Of a stretch of DNA of 56,600 nucleotides, positions 19,569-27,776 are shown one piece after another. A program made the position numbers and the translations under genes. The stretch is from Candidatus Nomurabacteria bacterium (GTDB taxonomy: Bacteria; Patescibacteriota; Minisyncoccia; Phycocordibacterales; UBA9973). The first letter of the stretch is position 1; the number at the start of each line of letters is the position of its first letter. Below the pieces are notes generated by a model that had not been told where the DNA came from, searched no databases, and saw only the letters and a program-made list of their open reading frames with translations. Location: positions 1-56,600 of the forward strand of contig JAPLXV010000003.1 in the NCBI GenBank assembly GCA_026395895.1, given 5' to 3'.

Positions 19569-21485
19569 TTATTTGAATTTGATTTTTTCTTCCTTGCCGA
19601 TTATTAATTGATTTGGCTGGAAGAATTTGTTTAGTTTAACGGTGTCTTTTTTTATGGACATACTTCCATCTCTATTTAATTTAATTTCCAAAAGCATACC
19701 CTGCATTGTATTTACGGAAAAACCCTGGTCAAAAATAAAGTTGCCTAGCGAATAAGCGATAAAACCCACGCACGAATTTTGAGTGCAATCTTTTGGGCTA
19801 TAAACTTCTGTATCTTCTACCACGTGTGGATGAGTGCCAATTATAATTTTAGCCCCGTCATCTATTGCCTTGTGCGCTAAATATTCTTGTCTGGAATTAT
19901 GTTTTATTTTATATTCGTCTCCAAAATGAAATGACACGACTAAATAATCAACTTGCTTAGATGCATTTTGCACTATTTCATCAAAACGCGGATTGCTTGC
20001 AAATAATAAACCAGCTTTGTCTGCTCCTGCCTCCATCCAATCTGGCCCTACATCTGAAAATCCCAAATATCCTATTTTCATTCCATATTTTTCTATAATA
20101 ACAGGCATTTCTGCTTCGTTTGCATTCATTCCTCCACCAATATATGAAATTTCATTTTCTTTTAATCTAGTTAAAGTATCAACATAAGCATTTTGTCCCC
20201 AATCTCCCATATGATTATTAGCAACCGAAACCACAGAAAATCCTGCGCCTTTTAATGCAGGAATAGTGGAAGGGTCCATTCTAAATGAATATAAATTATG
20301 CATATCTTTTCCTGCATCAGAGGCTGGACCTTCCAAATTTGCAAAAGTTATATCAGATCTTTTTAAGATTCCTAATTTTTCAAAAAGGGCTGAGTAATCT
20401 CCTTTGAAATTTTTGTTTACAGAATTTTTAACTCCACGATCAAGCATTATATCTCCACCGAACAAAAGAGTGACGAAATCTTGATCATATACTACAGGTA
20501 AATCAGTTCTTTCTTTGACCCAAGCAGTATTAGCGTCAGCTTCTCCGCCATAATATATATTTTTATTTAAATATTTTAAAATATTTTCTACGTCCTTAAA
20601 ACGATCTTTACTTTGTAAAAGAGTGATAGCAATATGGCGTGTTCCAGCTTCTGAAAGGGGAACTGAAAAAGTGGAAATAACTGTTTGTAAAGCGACATCT
20701 GTATAACCACTTTTACCTCCCAAATAGCCATTTTCAAGCAGGAATTGATTATTACTGAACCAATTGTGTGTTTTATTGGAATAGCTTCGTTTGGTTGTGA
20801 TTTGTAGTAAATTTGGGTCTTTTTGATTTAAATATCCTGCTAATTTAAACATATCAAAAACAGTTGATTGATTTTTAGGAGAAAGTCCGCTTGGGTCGTC
20901 AAAACTAGTCTTAGATAATTCTAATTTGAGAGCCTCCTGGTTCATTTTTTTTAGAAAAATATCTCGGCCAAAAAATTCAGCTATTACTTCGGCAGCATCA
21001 TTGCTTGATTCTAAAAGTAGGGGATAAATGAGGTCTGTAATTTTTATTTTTTCTCCTATTTTCAAATTACCATTCTTTCCAGAGGTGGCTGAGGCTTTTT
21101 TAGAAACTTTAGCAATATCATCTGAGCTTTTTGATTCTGTGGCCACAAGCGCAGTCATAAGTTTAGAAACAGAAGCAAGTGAATATTGTTCATCTTGATT
21201 TTTTGTCAAAATAATTTCTCCCGTATCTAAATCACCAACTAAAAAAGCCTTGGCTGATACTTTTGGTTTCAAATTTAAATCTTTTACGAAATAAGAAAAT
21301 CCAGATGTTAATTCTGGTGCTGTCAGAGATTCCATGGCTGTTGCGGTATTTTCATTTGGTTCTATTATTTTTTTATATTCAGCATCTTTAAAAAAGAGAG
21401 AGACAAAAAAAATACCAACCATAGTAGCAGAGATTGTCCAAAATCCGAGTTTAATTTTTGGACCTAGGGTAGATTTCATATTCAT
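19569..21485 (-). CDS. D-Ala-D-Ala carboxypeptidase (S11) fused to a CapA/PGA_cap domain
   Basis: ASVSK, SSN, KSG motifs; GDIM, NLEG, ANNH, HFG, GTHPHV, YSLGNF. Confidence 0.9.
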   Translation of the reverse strand: MNMKSTLGPKIKLGFWTISATMVGIFFVSLFFKDAEYKKIIEPNENTATAMESLTAPELTSGFSYFVKDLNLKPKVSAKAFLVGDLDTGEIILTKNQDEQYSLASVSKLMTALVATESKSSDDIAKVSKKASATSGKNGNLKIGEKIKITDLIYPLLLESSNDAAEVIAEFFGRDIFLKKMNQEALKLELSKTSFDDPSGLSPKNQSTVFDMFKLAGYLNQKDPNLLQITTKRSYSNKTHNWFSNNQFLLENGYLGGKSGYTDVALQTVISTFSVPLSEAGTRHIAITLLQSKDRFKDVENILKYLNKNIYYGGEADANTAWVKERTDLPVVYDQDFVTLLFGGDIMLDRGVKNSVNKNFKGDYSALFEKLGILKRSDITFANLEGPASDAGKDMHNLYSFRMDPSTIPALKGAGFSVVSVANNHMGDWGQNAYVDTLTRLKENEISYIGGGMNANEAEMPVIIEKYGMKIGYLGFSDVGPDWMEAGADKAGLLFASNPRFDEIVQNASKQVDYLVVSFHFGDEYKIKHNSRQEYLAHKAIDDGAKIIIGTHPHVVEDTEVYSPKDCTQNSCVGFIAYSLGNFIFDQGFSVNTMQGMLLEIKLNRDGSMSIKKDTVKLNKFFQPNQLIIGKEEKIKFK

Positions 21486-23611
21486 TATGTTGTTAGCGCA
21501 TAATCTATCGTTTTTCTTTCTAAATCAACACTTTTTACTTTTATCTTTACTCGGTCGCCTAGTCTGTATTTTTTCCCCGACGCTTTCGGTCGGGATCCCG
21601 GCCCCAAAGGGCGTCGGGACTTTTTCCCTTGTCCGACTAGTTCCAATTTTTTTTCATTAAAAATATAAAAATTATCTTCCATATCTCGTACTCGTACCAG
21701 ACCCTCGCATTTTGTTTCTACTTCTTCTACATAAATACCCCATTCTGTTATACCACTAATAATACCTTCAAATGTTTTTGAAATACGAGAAGACATATAT
21801 TCAACTTGTTTGTATTTTATAGAGGCTCGTTCAGCATCTGAAGCAAATTTTTCTCTTTCTGATGCTTTTCTGGAAATTTCTTCATAGATACTTAATTTCT
21901 CTTTGCCCACTTTTAATCCTTTTAGGTAATCTGTCAAAAGTCTGTGGACTACTACATCTGGGTAGCGTCTGATGGGGGAAGTAAAATGAGCATAGTATTC
22001 AAAAGCCAAACCATAGTGGCCGACATTTTTTGTGGAATAAATTGCTTTGGCCATAGAGCGTATAATTGCGCGATTGACTGTATTTTCTTCATTTTTTCCC
22101 TCAAGACTCTTTAGAAGATTATTTAATTCATAATTTGGAATAACCCCATCAATTAAAGATATTTTATATCCCAAACTCCTTAAAAAGAATGCCAAATCAG
22201 TCATTTTTTCTTTACTAGGATTATCATGGATACGATAGACAAATACTCCTCCATCTTTCTTGGTGCCTTTGGAGATAGTTTCAGCCACTTTTTTATTTGC
22301 TAAAAGCATAAATTCTTCAATTAATTTGTTTGAATCACCTCGTACTTTTTTTATTACTTTTAACGGTGTTCCATTTTTATCTAAAACAAATTTTACTTCT
22401 TCTTGTTCGAGCGAGATAGCTCCATTTGCAAATCTTTCTTTGTTCAATTTTTTAGCCAAATTATTTAAAATAAAAAGTTCTTTGTGCAGTGGCGCTGAAT
22501 TTTCTTTTATAGATTTTTCCGCTTCTTCGTAAGTAAATCTTTTTTGAGAATGTATCACCGTACGTCCGTACCATTCTTTTTTTACTTGCGCGTTTTTGTC
22601 TAGGACAAAAACTGCGCTCATGGTCAGTCTGTCTTTATTGGGAACTAGAGAACAGAGGTCGTTAGAAAGTACTTCCGGAAGCATTGGGATAGTTCTATCT
22701 ACTAAATAAACAGAAGTGCCTCTTTTTTTTGCTTCCTTATCAATTTCGCTTCCAATTTTTACATAATGAGAAACGTCGGCTATATGAATTCCGATTTCAT
22801 ATACCTCACCCCCTAACCCCCTCTCCTTGAAACCCCCTTGCTCCCCCTTATCAAGGGGAAACCATTTGCCTCCCCTGACAAGGGGAGGTCTGGAGGGGTT
22901 AAGGAGAGGGGGGAGAATACGGAATGAAATGGCATCATCAAAATCTTTTGCATCATCTGGGTCAATAGTAAAAGTGAGAGTTTTTCTAAAATCGCGTCGC
23001 CCATTATAATCTTCATTTTTAATACCTAAACTTTTTATTTTTTCCGCTTCCTCCTCAACTTTTTGAGGCAGTTCACTATCAAACCCTTTTTCTATAGCGA
23101 TAGCATGCATTTCCGCATTATTGTCTCCGGGTTTTCCTAAAACTTTTATTATTTTTCCTTCTGGTGCTTTTAGTCCATCTTTCCAAAAAATTATTTCTGT
23201 ATAGACTTTTTGTCCTGCCTTTGCGCCATTTAGCATTTTTTCGGGTATTAGAATATCGGTATACATTTTTGTATCATCGGGTTTTAGAAAATATATGCCG
23301 TCTTCTTTCTCTAAGACTCCCGAAAAGCCCATCTTTGCACGAGAGATTATTTTTAATACTTCGGCTGTCAAACGCCCTTTTCCTTTTGGATGCAAAGTAA
23401 TTTCAACCATATCACCGTGCAGAGCTGTATTTAAGTGCCTAAAATCAATCTCAGGGTCCTTCCCGACGTTCTGATTTCTATCAGAAGTCGGGATCCCGAC
23501 CCCATTGGGCGTCGGGACCTCATTCAATATTCTTACATATCCAATACCCTTGCTTGTTATAGATATAATACCCTGTACTGTCTTTTGAATTTTTTTTGTT
23601 TTTCCTTTCAC
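21485..23611 (-). CDS. rnr: Ribonuclease R (start probably GTG at 23611)
   Basis: TIDPDDAKDFDD, HIADVS, HFTSPIRRYPD, C-terminal S1. Confidence 0.95.
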   Translation of the reverse strand: MKGKTKKIQKTVQGIISITSKGIGYVRILNEVPTPNGVGIPTSDRNQNVGKDPEIDFRHLNTALHGDMVEITLHPKGKGRLTAEVLKIISRAKMGFSGVLEKEDGIYFLKPDDTKMYTDILIPEKMLNGAKAGQKVYTEIIFWKDGLKAPEGKIIKVLGKPGDNNAEMHAIAIEKGFDSELPQKVEEEAEKIKSLGIKNEDYNGRRDFRKTLTFTIDPDDAKDFDDAISFRILPPLLNPSRPPLVRGGKWFPLDKGEQGGFKERGLGGEVYEIGIHIADVSHYVKIGSEIDKEAKKRGTSVYLVDRTIPMLPEVLSNDLCSLVPNKDRLTMSAVFVLDKNAQVKKEWYGRTVIHSQKRFTYEEAEKSIKENSAPLHKELFILNNLAKKLNKERFANGAISLEQEEVKFVLDKNGTPLKVIKKVRGDSNKLIEEFMLLANKKVAETISKGTKKDGGVFVYRIHDNPSKEKMTDLAFFLRSLGYKISLIDGVIPNYELNNLLKSLEGKNEENTVNRAIIRSMAKAIYSTKNVGHYGLAFEYYAHFTSPIRRYPDVVVHRLLTDYLKGLKVGKEKLSIYEEISRKASEREKFASDAERASIKYKQVEYMSSRISKTFEGIISGITEWGIYVEEVETKCEGLVRVRDMEDNFYIFNEKKLELVGQGKKSRRPLGPGSRPKASGKKYRLGDRVKIKVKSVDLERKTIDYALTT
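21575..21620. repeat. CCCGAC/GTCGGG double-hairpin element in the rnr S1 domain
   Basis: ccccgacgctttcggtcgggatcccggccccaaagggcgtcgggac. Confidence 0.8.
22805..22915. repeat. Nested palindromic elements in frame in rnr
   Basis: Outer stem CCCCCTCTCCTT/AAGGAGAGGGGG whose loop holds a second two-hairpin element bounded by AACCCC/GGGGTT. Confidence 0.85.
23461..23517. repeat. CCCGAC/GTCGGG double-hairpin element in the rnr N-terminal region
   Basis: 57 nt; colinear with the smc copy and read in the same frame. Confidence 0.85.
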
Positions 23612-23673
23612 TCTTTTAATATAACATAAATTTTTGTATTTGCCTTTTTGGGGAATTATGTTAGACTCTAAAG

Positions 23674-23982
23674 ATGTTAAAAATAAGATTACAAAGAATT
23701 GGAAGGAAAAATGACCCATCATTTCGGGCGGTTTTGACTGATTCTAAAAACAGCACTAAAAGCGGAAAATTTTTAGAAATAGTTGGTACTTATAATCCAA
23801 AGGCGGGCGAGACTAGTTTTAAGACTGAAAGAATACAATACTGGGTTTCAAAAGGGGCACAACTTTCCGATACCATGCATAATTTTATGGTGCATCAAAA
23901 AGTGATAGAAGGGAAGAAGAGAAACGTATTGCCGAAGAAAAAACCGACAGTTAAAAGAAAGGAGTTGAAAGCTAAAAAATAA
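23674..23982 (+). CDS. rpsP: 30S ribosomal protein S16
   Basis: MLKIRLQRIGRK, GTYNP, GAQLSDT. Confidence 0.96.
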   Translation: MLKIRLQRIGRKNDPSFRAVLTDSKNSTKSGKFLEIVGTYNPKAGETSFKTERIQYWVSKGAQLSDTMHNFMVHQKVIEGKKRNVLPKKKPTVKRKELKAKK

Positions 23983-24043
23983 TCGTATATAATTATTACA
24001 GCAGTGCAGTTAATCATTTAAGGTCGTAACACTGCCAAACATT

Positions 24044-24075
24044 TCAGCCAGTGGGCTGATCCGCCTACTGGCGGA
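24044..24075. repeat. Intergenic TCCGCC/GGCGGA double hairpin
   Basis: tcagccagtgggctga-tccgcctactggcgga. Confidence 0.7.
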
Positions 24076-24107
24076 AAAAATTATTAATAAAATATTTCTG
24101 AACACAT

Positions 24108-24443
24108 ATGCAAGACGCAGACAAGATATTTCTGGAATATGTAGTAAAAGCTTTAGTTGACAATCCGAACGATGTAAAAATCGATCGTACTGTTGATGAG
24201 ATGGGTGTCCTTATTTCTCTTACAGTAAATCCTGCCGACATGGGTAAGATTATTGGAAGAATGGGAAATACCGCCAAAGCTATTCGTACCTTGTTAAGAA
24301 TTATAGGTATGAAGAATAATGCCCGTGTGAATTTGAAAATCAACGAGCCGGAAGGTGGAATGAGACCTGAGCCAAGACCTGCAACTGGAGGAATGGCTAC
24401 TAAGACTGTTGATCAGGCTATGGAAGACCTCAAGGGAATTTAG
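24108..24443 (+). CDS. KH-domain RNA-binding protein (KhpA/YlqC-like)
   Basis: DMGKIIGRMGNTAKAIR; rpsP-KH-trmD synteny. Confidence 0.9.
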   Translation: MQDADKIFLEYVVKALVDNPNDVKIDRTVDEMGVLISLTVNPADMGKIIGRMGNTAKAIRTLLRIIGMKNNARVNLKINEPEGGMRPEPRPATGGMATKTVDQAMEDLKGI

Positions 24444-24474
24444 GATAGCTGATAGGTTTTAGCTTTTAGCTAAT

Positions 24475-24500
24475 AAAAAACCGCCTTCAGGCGGTTTTTT
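24475..24500. terminator. Bidirectional intrinsic terminator
   Basis: AAAAAACCGCC-TTCA-GGCGGTTTTTT. Confidence 0.85.
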
Positions 24501-24542
24501 GTATGCTTGTATTTTTTTTCTATAAGCTATAAACTATAAGCT

Positions 24543-25250
24543 GTGAGATTCCATATCATTACAATTTTCCCAGATATTTTTGACTCATACCTCAAAGAGT
24601 CTATTATTGGGCGGGCGATAAAAAATAAGTTTATTTCAGTGAAGTTTTATAATCCTAGAGATTTTATTAGGGGTAATAAAAGTAATTACAAACCAGTAGA
24701 TGACAAGCCTTACGGCGGAGGGCCGGGGATGGTGATGAGAGCCGAGCCAATTCTTAAAGCTATAGAAACCGTAGTAAAAAAGATATCCACCCTGTCTCGC
24801 AAACGAGTCACCCCTCAAGAGGGGAATAAAAAAATATTAATTATCAATTTTATTCCTAGCGCTGAAAAATTTACCACTAATTATGCCAAGACGATTTCCA
24901 AAAAATATACAGATATTATTTTAATTTGCGGAAGATATGAAGGCATAGATGCGAGAGTAGATAAAATTCTCAAAACAAAGAAACTTTCAATAGGGGATTA
25001 TGTTTTGACCGGCGGAGAAATACCAGCTATGATTTTAGTGGATTGCGTTTCTCGCCAAATAGAAGGTGTCCTTGGTAATTTTGATTCAAGGGAAGAAGAA
25101 AGAATCTCTTCAAGCGAAGTTTATACAAGGCCAGAAGTTTTGAAACATAAAAACAAAAATTATAAAGTCCCTAAAGTGTTATTATCTGGGGACCACAAAA
25201 AGATAGAGGATTGGAAAAAGCGCGAGAAGAATGATAAAATAAATAAGTGA
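24543..25250 (+). CDS. trmD: tRNA (guanine37-N1)-methyltransferase
   Basis: VDDKPYGGGPGM, CGRYEGID, SIGDYVLTGGE. Confidence 0.96.
   Translation: MRFHIITIFPDIFDSYLKESIIGRAIKNKFISVKFYNPRDFIRGNKSNYKPVDDKPYGGGPGMVMRAEPILKAIETVVKKISTLSRKRVTPQEGNKKILIINFIPSAEKFTTNYAKTISKKYTDIILICGRYEGIDARVDKILKTKKLSIGDYVLTGGEIPAMILVDCVSRQIEGVLGNFDSREEERISSSEVYTRPEVLKHKNKNYKVPKVLLSGDHKKIEDWKKREKNDKINK
24786..24827. repeat. Half-copy of the pheT-type element in frame in trmD
   Basis: Shares TCCACCC...CACCCCTCAAGAGGGGAATAAA with the pheT insert; both encode TPQEGNK. Confidence 0.8.
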
Positions 25251-25696
25251 AAGATTATTTTAAATGGCATGCTATAAAATCTGATATTGAAAATTCTGGG
25301 AAAGAAATTCTTTTTCGTGATAGAGAAATTTGGTGGTGCTCGCTTGGAGAAAATGTTGGTTTTGAGCAAGATGGAAAAAATGAGAAATATGAACGGCCCG
25401 TTTTAGTTTTCAGAAAATTTAACAAAGGGATGTTTTGGGGATTACCACTTACTTCAAAAGAAAAAAATGATTCTTTTCACTATAAACTTACTTTACATAT
25501 AAAAAATGAAAATGATGAAATTGAAGAAAAAATTTCTATGGTTATATTATCTCAATTAAGGTTGTTGAGTGGAAAGCGTTTAATTCGTCGTGTTGCTCGT
25601 ATTAATGAAAATAATTTTAAAGAAATAGAAAACAAGGTTATTAGTCTAATAAAAACAAACGAAAACGGACCCCTTTCGGGGTCCTCGAGTGCCTAA
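25247..25696 (+). CDS. PemK/MazF-family endoribonuclease toxin with no adjacent protein antitoxin
   Basis: REIWWCSLGENVGFEQDGK...RPVLV, LPLTS, LSQLRLLSGKRL. Confidence 0.85.
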   Translation: MKDYFKWHAIKSDIENSGKEILFRDREIWWCSLGENVGFEQDGKNEKYERPVLVFRKFNKGMFWGLPLTSKEKNDSFHYKLTLHIKNENDEIEEKISMVILSQLRLLSGKRLIRRVARINENNFKEIENKVISLIKTNENGPLSGSSSA

Positions 25697-25742
25697 CGGC
25701 AATTTGTATTTAGATATTACCATTTATTGGATATCTATGCAA
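25651..25742 (-). ncRNA. Predicted convergent small RNA unit (promoter, hairpin, terminator) at the pemK 3' end
   Basis: Minus strand TTGCAT-17-TAATAT, then TACAAATTGCCGTTAGGCACTCGA, GGACCCC-GAAA-GGGGTCC and a T-rich tail. Confidence 0.55.
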
Positions 25743-25760
25743 GCGAGGTTATCCACTTTT

Positions 25761-26309
25761 ATGAAAAATAGGAATATAGAAAAATTTGATAAAGCATATA
25801 AACAATTTTTATCTGAGAAAGATTCACTAGCCCATTTTAAGGCTATAAAAATATTACTCTCTGGACCCGATTTAGAAGAGTGGTTTGAAGAATTCATTGA
25901 AGAAAAAGATAGTGTAAAAGATTTCTTTCTGATGTGGAAAGATGCCTATAAATATGAAAATAATCAAAAAGATAAAGAAGGATTAAAAAAGCTGGGTATA
26001 CAATCAAAAAAGTTATATATAAAAAAGGATTATAAAAAATTAACTGAGCTTTTCTTTGATATTACCTTGAGACACCTAGTTGATTTTATTCACCTGGAAG
26101 ATCGTGAAGATTTTGAAAAAATAACAGATGTGGAAATATACACAAAAGGACTAATCCCCAATGAAATTTATTTCCAATTTTTCTTAATGGAGACAATGAT
26201 AAAAAGAAAAGATTTTGATTGGGATAGAGGAGAAGTAATTATTAACCAAAGCTTAGCTTGTTTTATAATTTGTTTTTTAGATATTAATGCTTTTTTCAAT
26301 GGAGAATAA
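25761..26309 (+). CDS. Hypothetical protein (start uncertain)
   Basis: Long ORF; ATG at 25761 avoids overlap with the small RNA unit. Confidence 0.6.
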   Translation: MKNRNIEKFDKAYKQFLSEKDSLAHFKAIKILLSGPDLEEWFEEFIEEKDSVKDFFLMWKDAYKYENNQKDKEGLKKLGIQSKKLYIKKDYKKLTELFFDITLRHLVDFIHLEDREDFEKITDVEIYTKGLIPNEIYFQFFLMETMIKRKDFDWDRGEVIINQSLACFIICFLDINAFFNGE

Positions 26310-26489
26310 TTTTTAGCTAGACAAGGTTTTAAGATTTATATGAGTAGAAAATTGAAAACAAAAAAATAATTCCTTGGTTGTGTTAGGCAAGACCTAGCTG
26401 GAACATAGTATCTAAAGAAATGTCATTCTTTTTACTTATTGTGCTATAATTATATTATATAAATTTAACCCCAATAACCCTAATAGCCT

Positions 26490-27458
26490 ATGTTTGGAAA
26501 AGAATCATTAAATATTCCTACTATTAAAAAAGAAAAAAAGGAAATTTCGCCCGAAATGCGTGATGGTATTTCATGGGAGGAAAAAATATCTAAATTATAT
26601 TCTTTTTTACGTGAGAAATATCCTGCATTAGAAAAAATAGCAAAAACCTCAAGAGCAACAATTCGTTTGCTTACAGCATTAGTGATACTAGAAGGTGGGC
26701 AACTTTTTGCACAAGAAATTCCTACTAAAAATATTTCAACGAAGGACTTATTCTCTACGGAGGAAATAACCAATCTTAATAGCATGACATTCACTGAAAT
26801 AGCACATCGCTTGGAGCCATTAAAAAAATCACTACCGAATGGCAAGGAGGTGACTTTTTCAAGCACTTTCAAACAAGATGATCAATTAGAAGGGACAGAT
26901 TATAACGGTGTTTTTTCGGAAGGATCTGTACCATCAGACACTGGAATGGTCGGAGATGCAGCAATAGTGTTAAATGATCGACATATTGAAAGAATGGATT
27001 CTGAATCAAGTACAAAAAAGGGAGACGAATTTGATTTTGATCTATATGATCGTGATATTTATTCGGAGATGAAATTTTCCAAATTTGATTCAGGGGAAAT
27101 TAAAGAAATAGGAAATAAAATTACTGTAGTGGGAGGAGGATCAACGAAAGAAGAAGCTGTTATAGAAGCTATGAAATGGCTTTCCATGCGGTATGGACAA
27201 CATCTTTATGGAGGAGATACTGATAATTTAGTAGCTAAAGATTCTAAAGATAATACACACGAATTCAAGCATGTTCGTACAAGTTATGCTTCTTGGAATG
27301 GTATTTCTTTTTTTAAGAATATTCATATAGATAAATTTGAAAGAAAGAATTTAACTAAAGTTGATGCTCTTGGAAAAGAGATAGGGAAAAGTGACAAAAT
27401 TATCTACCATGTTTATGTTTCGGCCCAAAAGGGAATATATGACGGGGAGGAAAGATAA
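26490..27458 (+). CDS. Hypothetical protein
   Basis: 322 aa ORF, no recognised motif. Confidence 0.7.
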   Translation: MFGKESLNIPTIKKEKKEISPEMRDGISWEEKISKLYSFLREKYPALEKIAKTSRATIRLLTALVILEGGQLFAQEIPTKNISTKDLFSTEEITNLNSMTFTEIAHRLEPLKKSLPNGKEVTFSSTFKQDDQLEGTDYNGVFSEGSVPSDTGMVGDAAIVLNDRHIERMDSESSTKKGDEFDFDLYDRDIYSEMKFSKFDSGEIKEIGNKITVVGGGSTKEEAVIEAMKWLSMRYGQHLYGGDTDNLVAKDSKDNTHEFKHVRTSYASWNGISFFKNIHIDKFERKNLTKVDALGKEIGKSDKIIYHVYVSAQKGIYDGEER

Positions 27459-27481
27459 TTACAAAAATATTGAATTTTGAT

Positions 27482-27509
27482 TTGACAAAAAAGGGAATGT
27501 GAGTATACT
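27482..27509 (+). promoter_or_regulatory. Sigma70-type promoter for rpoBC
   Basis: TTGACA-16 nt-TATACT. Confidence 0.65.
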
Positions 27510-27630
27510 AGGGTATAAGAGATTGATTGAGTTTCGGATGTATCTCCTAGTTTGTATTAATAGAGCTTAATCATAAATACCTAAATAAATTTAAAAGAAG
27601 CTAGAGAAAAGCATTTCTTTTTTGTTTTGT

Positions 27631-27776
27631 TTAGAAAAATAAGGAACGTAGTGACTATATTTTTCTTAACCCCAGTTAAATAATTTTCTGACTTAGGTCA
27701 GAAAATTCCCTGCAAAGCAGGGATTTAACAGGGTGATGATTTTAATAGTCGTTTCACTCCTTTAAAATCAATCATG
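27631..27776 (+). repeat. Structured leader repeat, copy 2 (upstream of rpoB)
   Basis: Homologous to 6817-6954 with altered but still paired internal hairpins. Confidence 0.85.

Noticed and set aside
23612..23722. Long N-terminal extension of rnr in the ORF track
   Set aside because: Overlaps rpsP and its promoter; GTG at 23611 is more plausible
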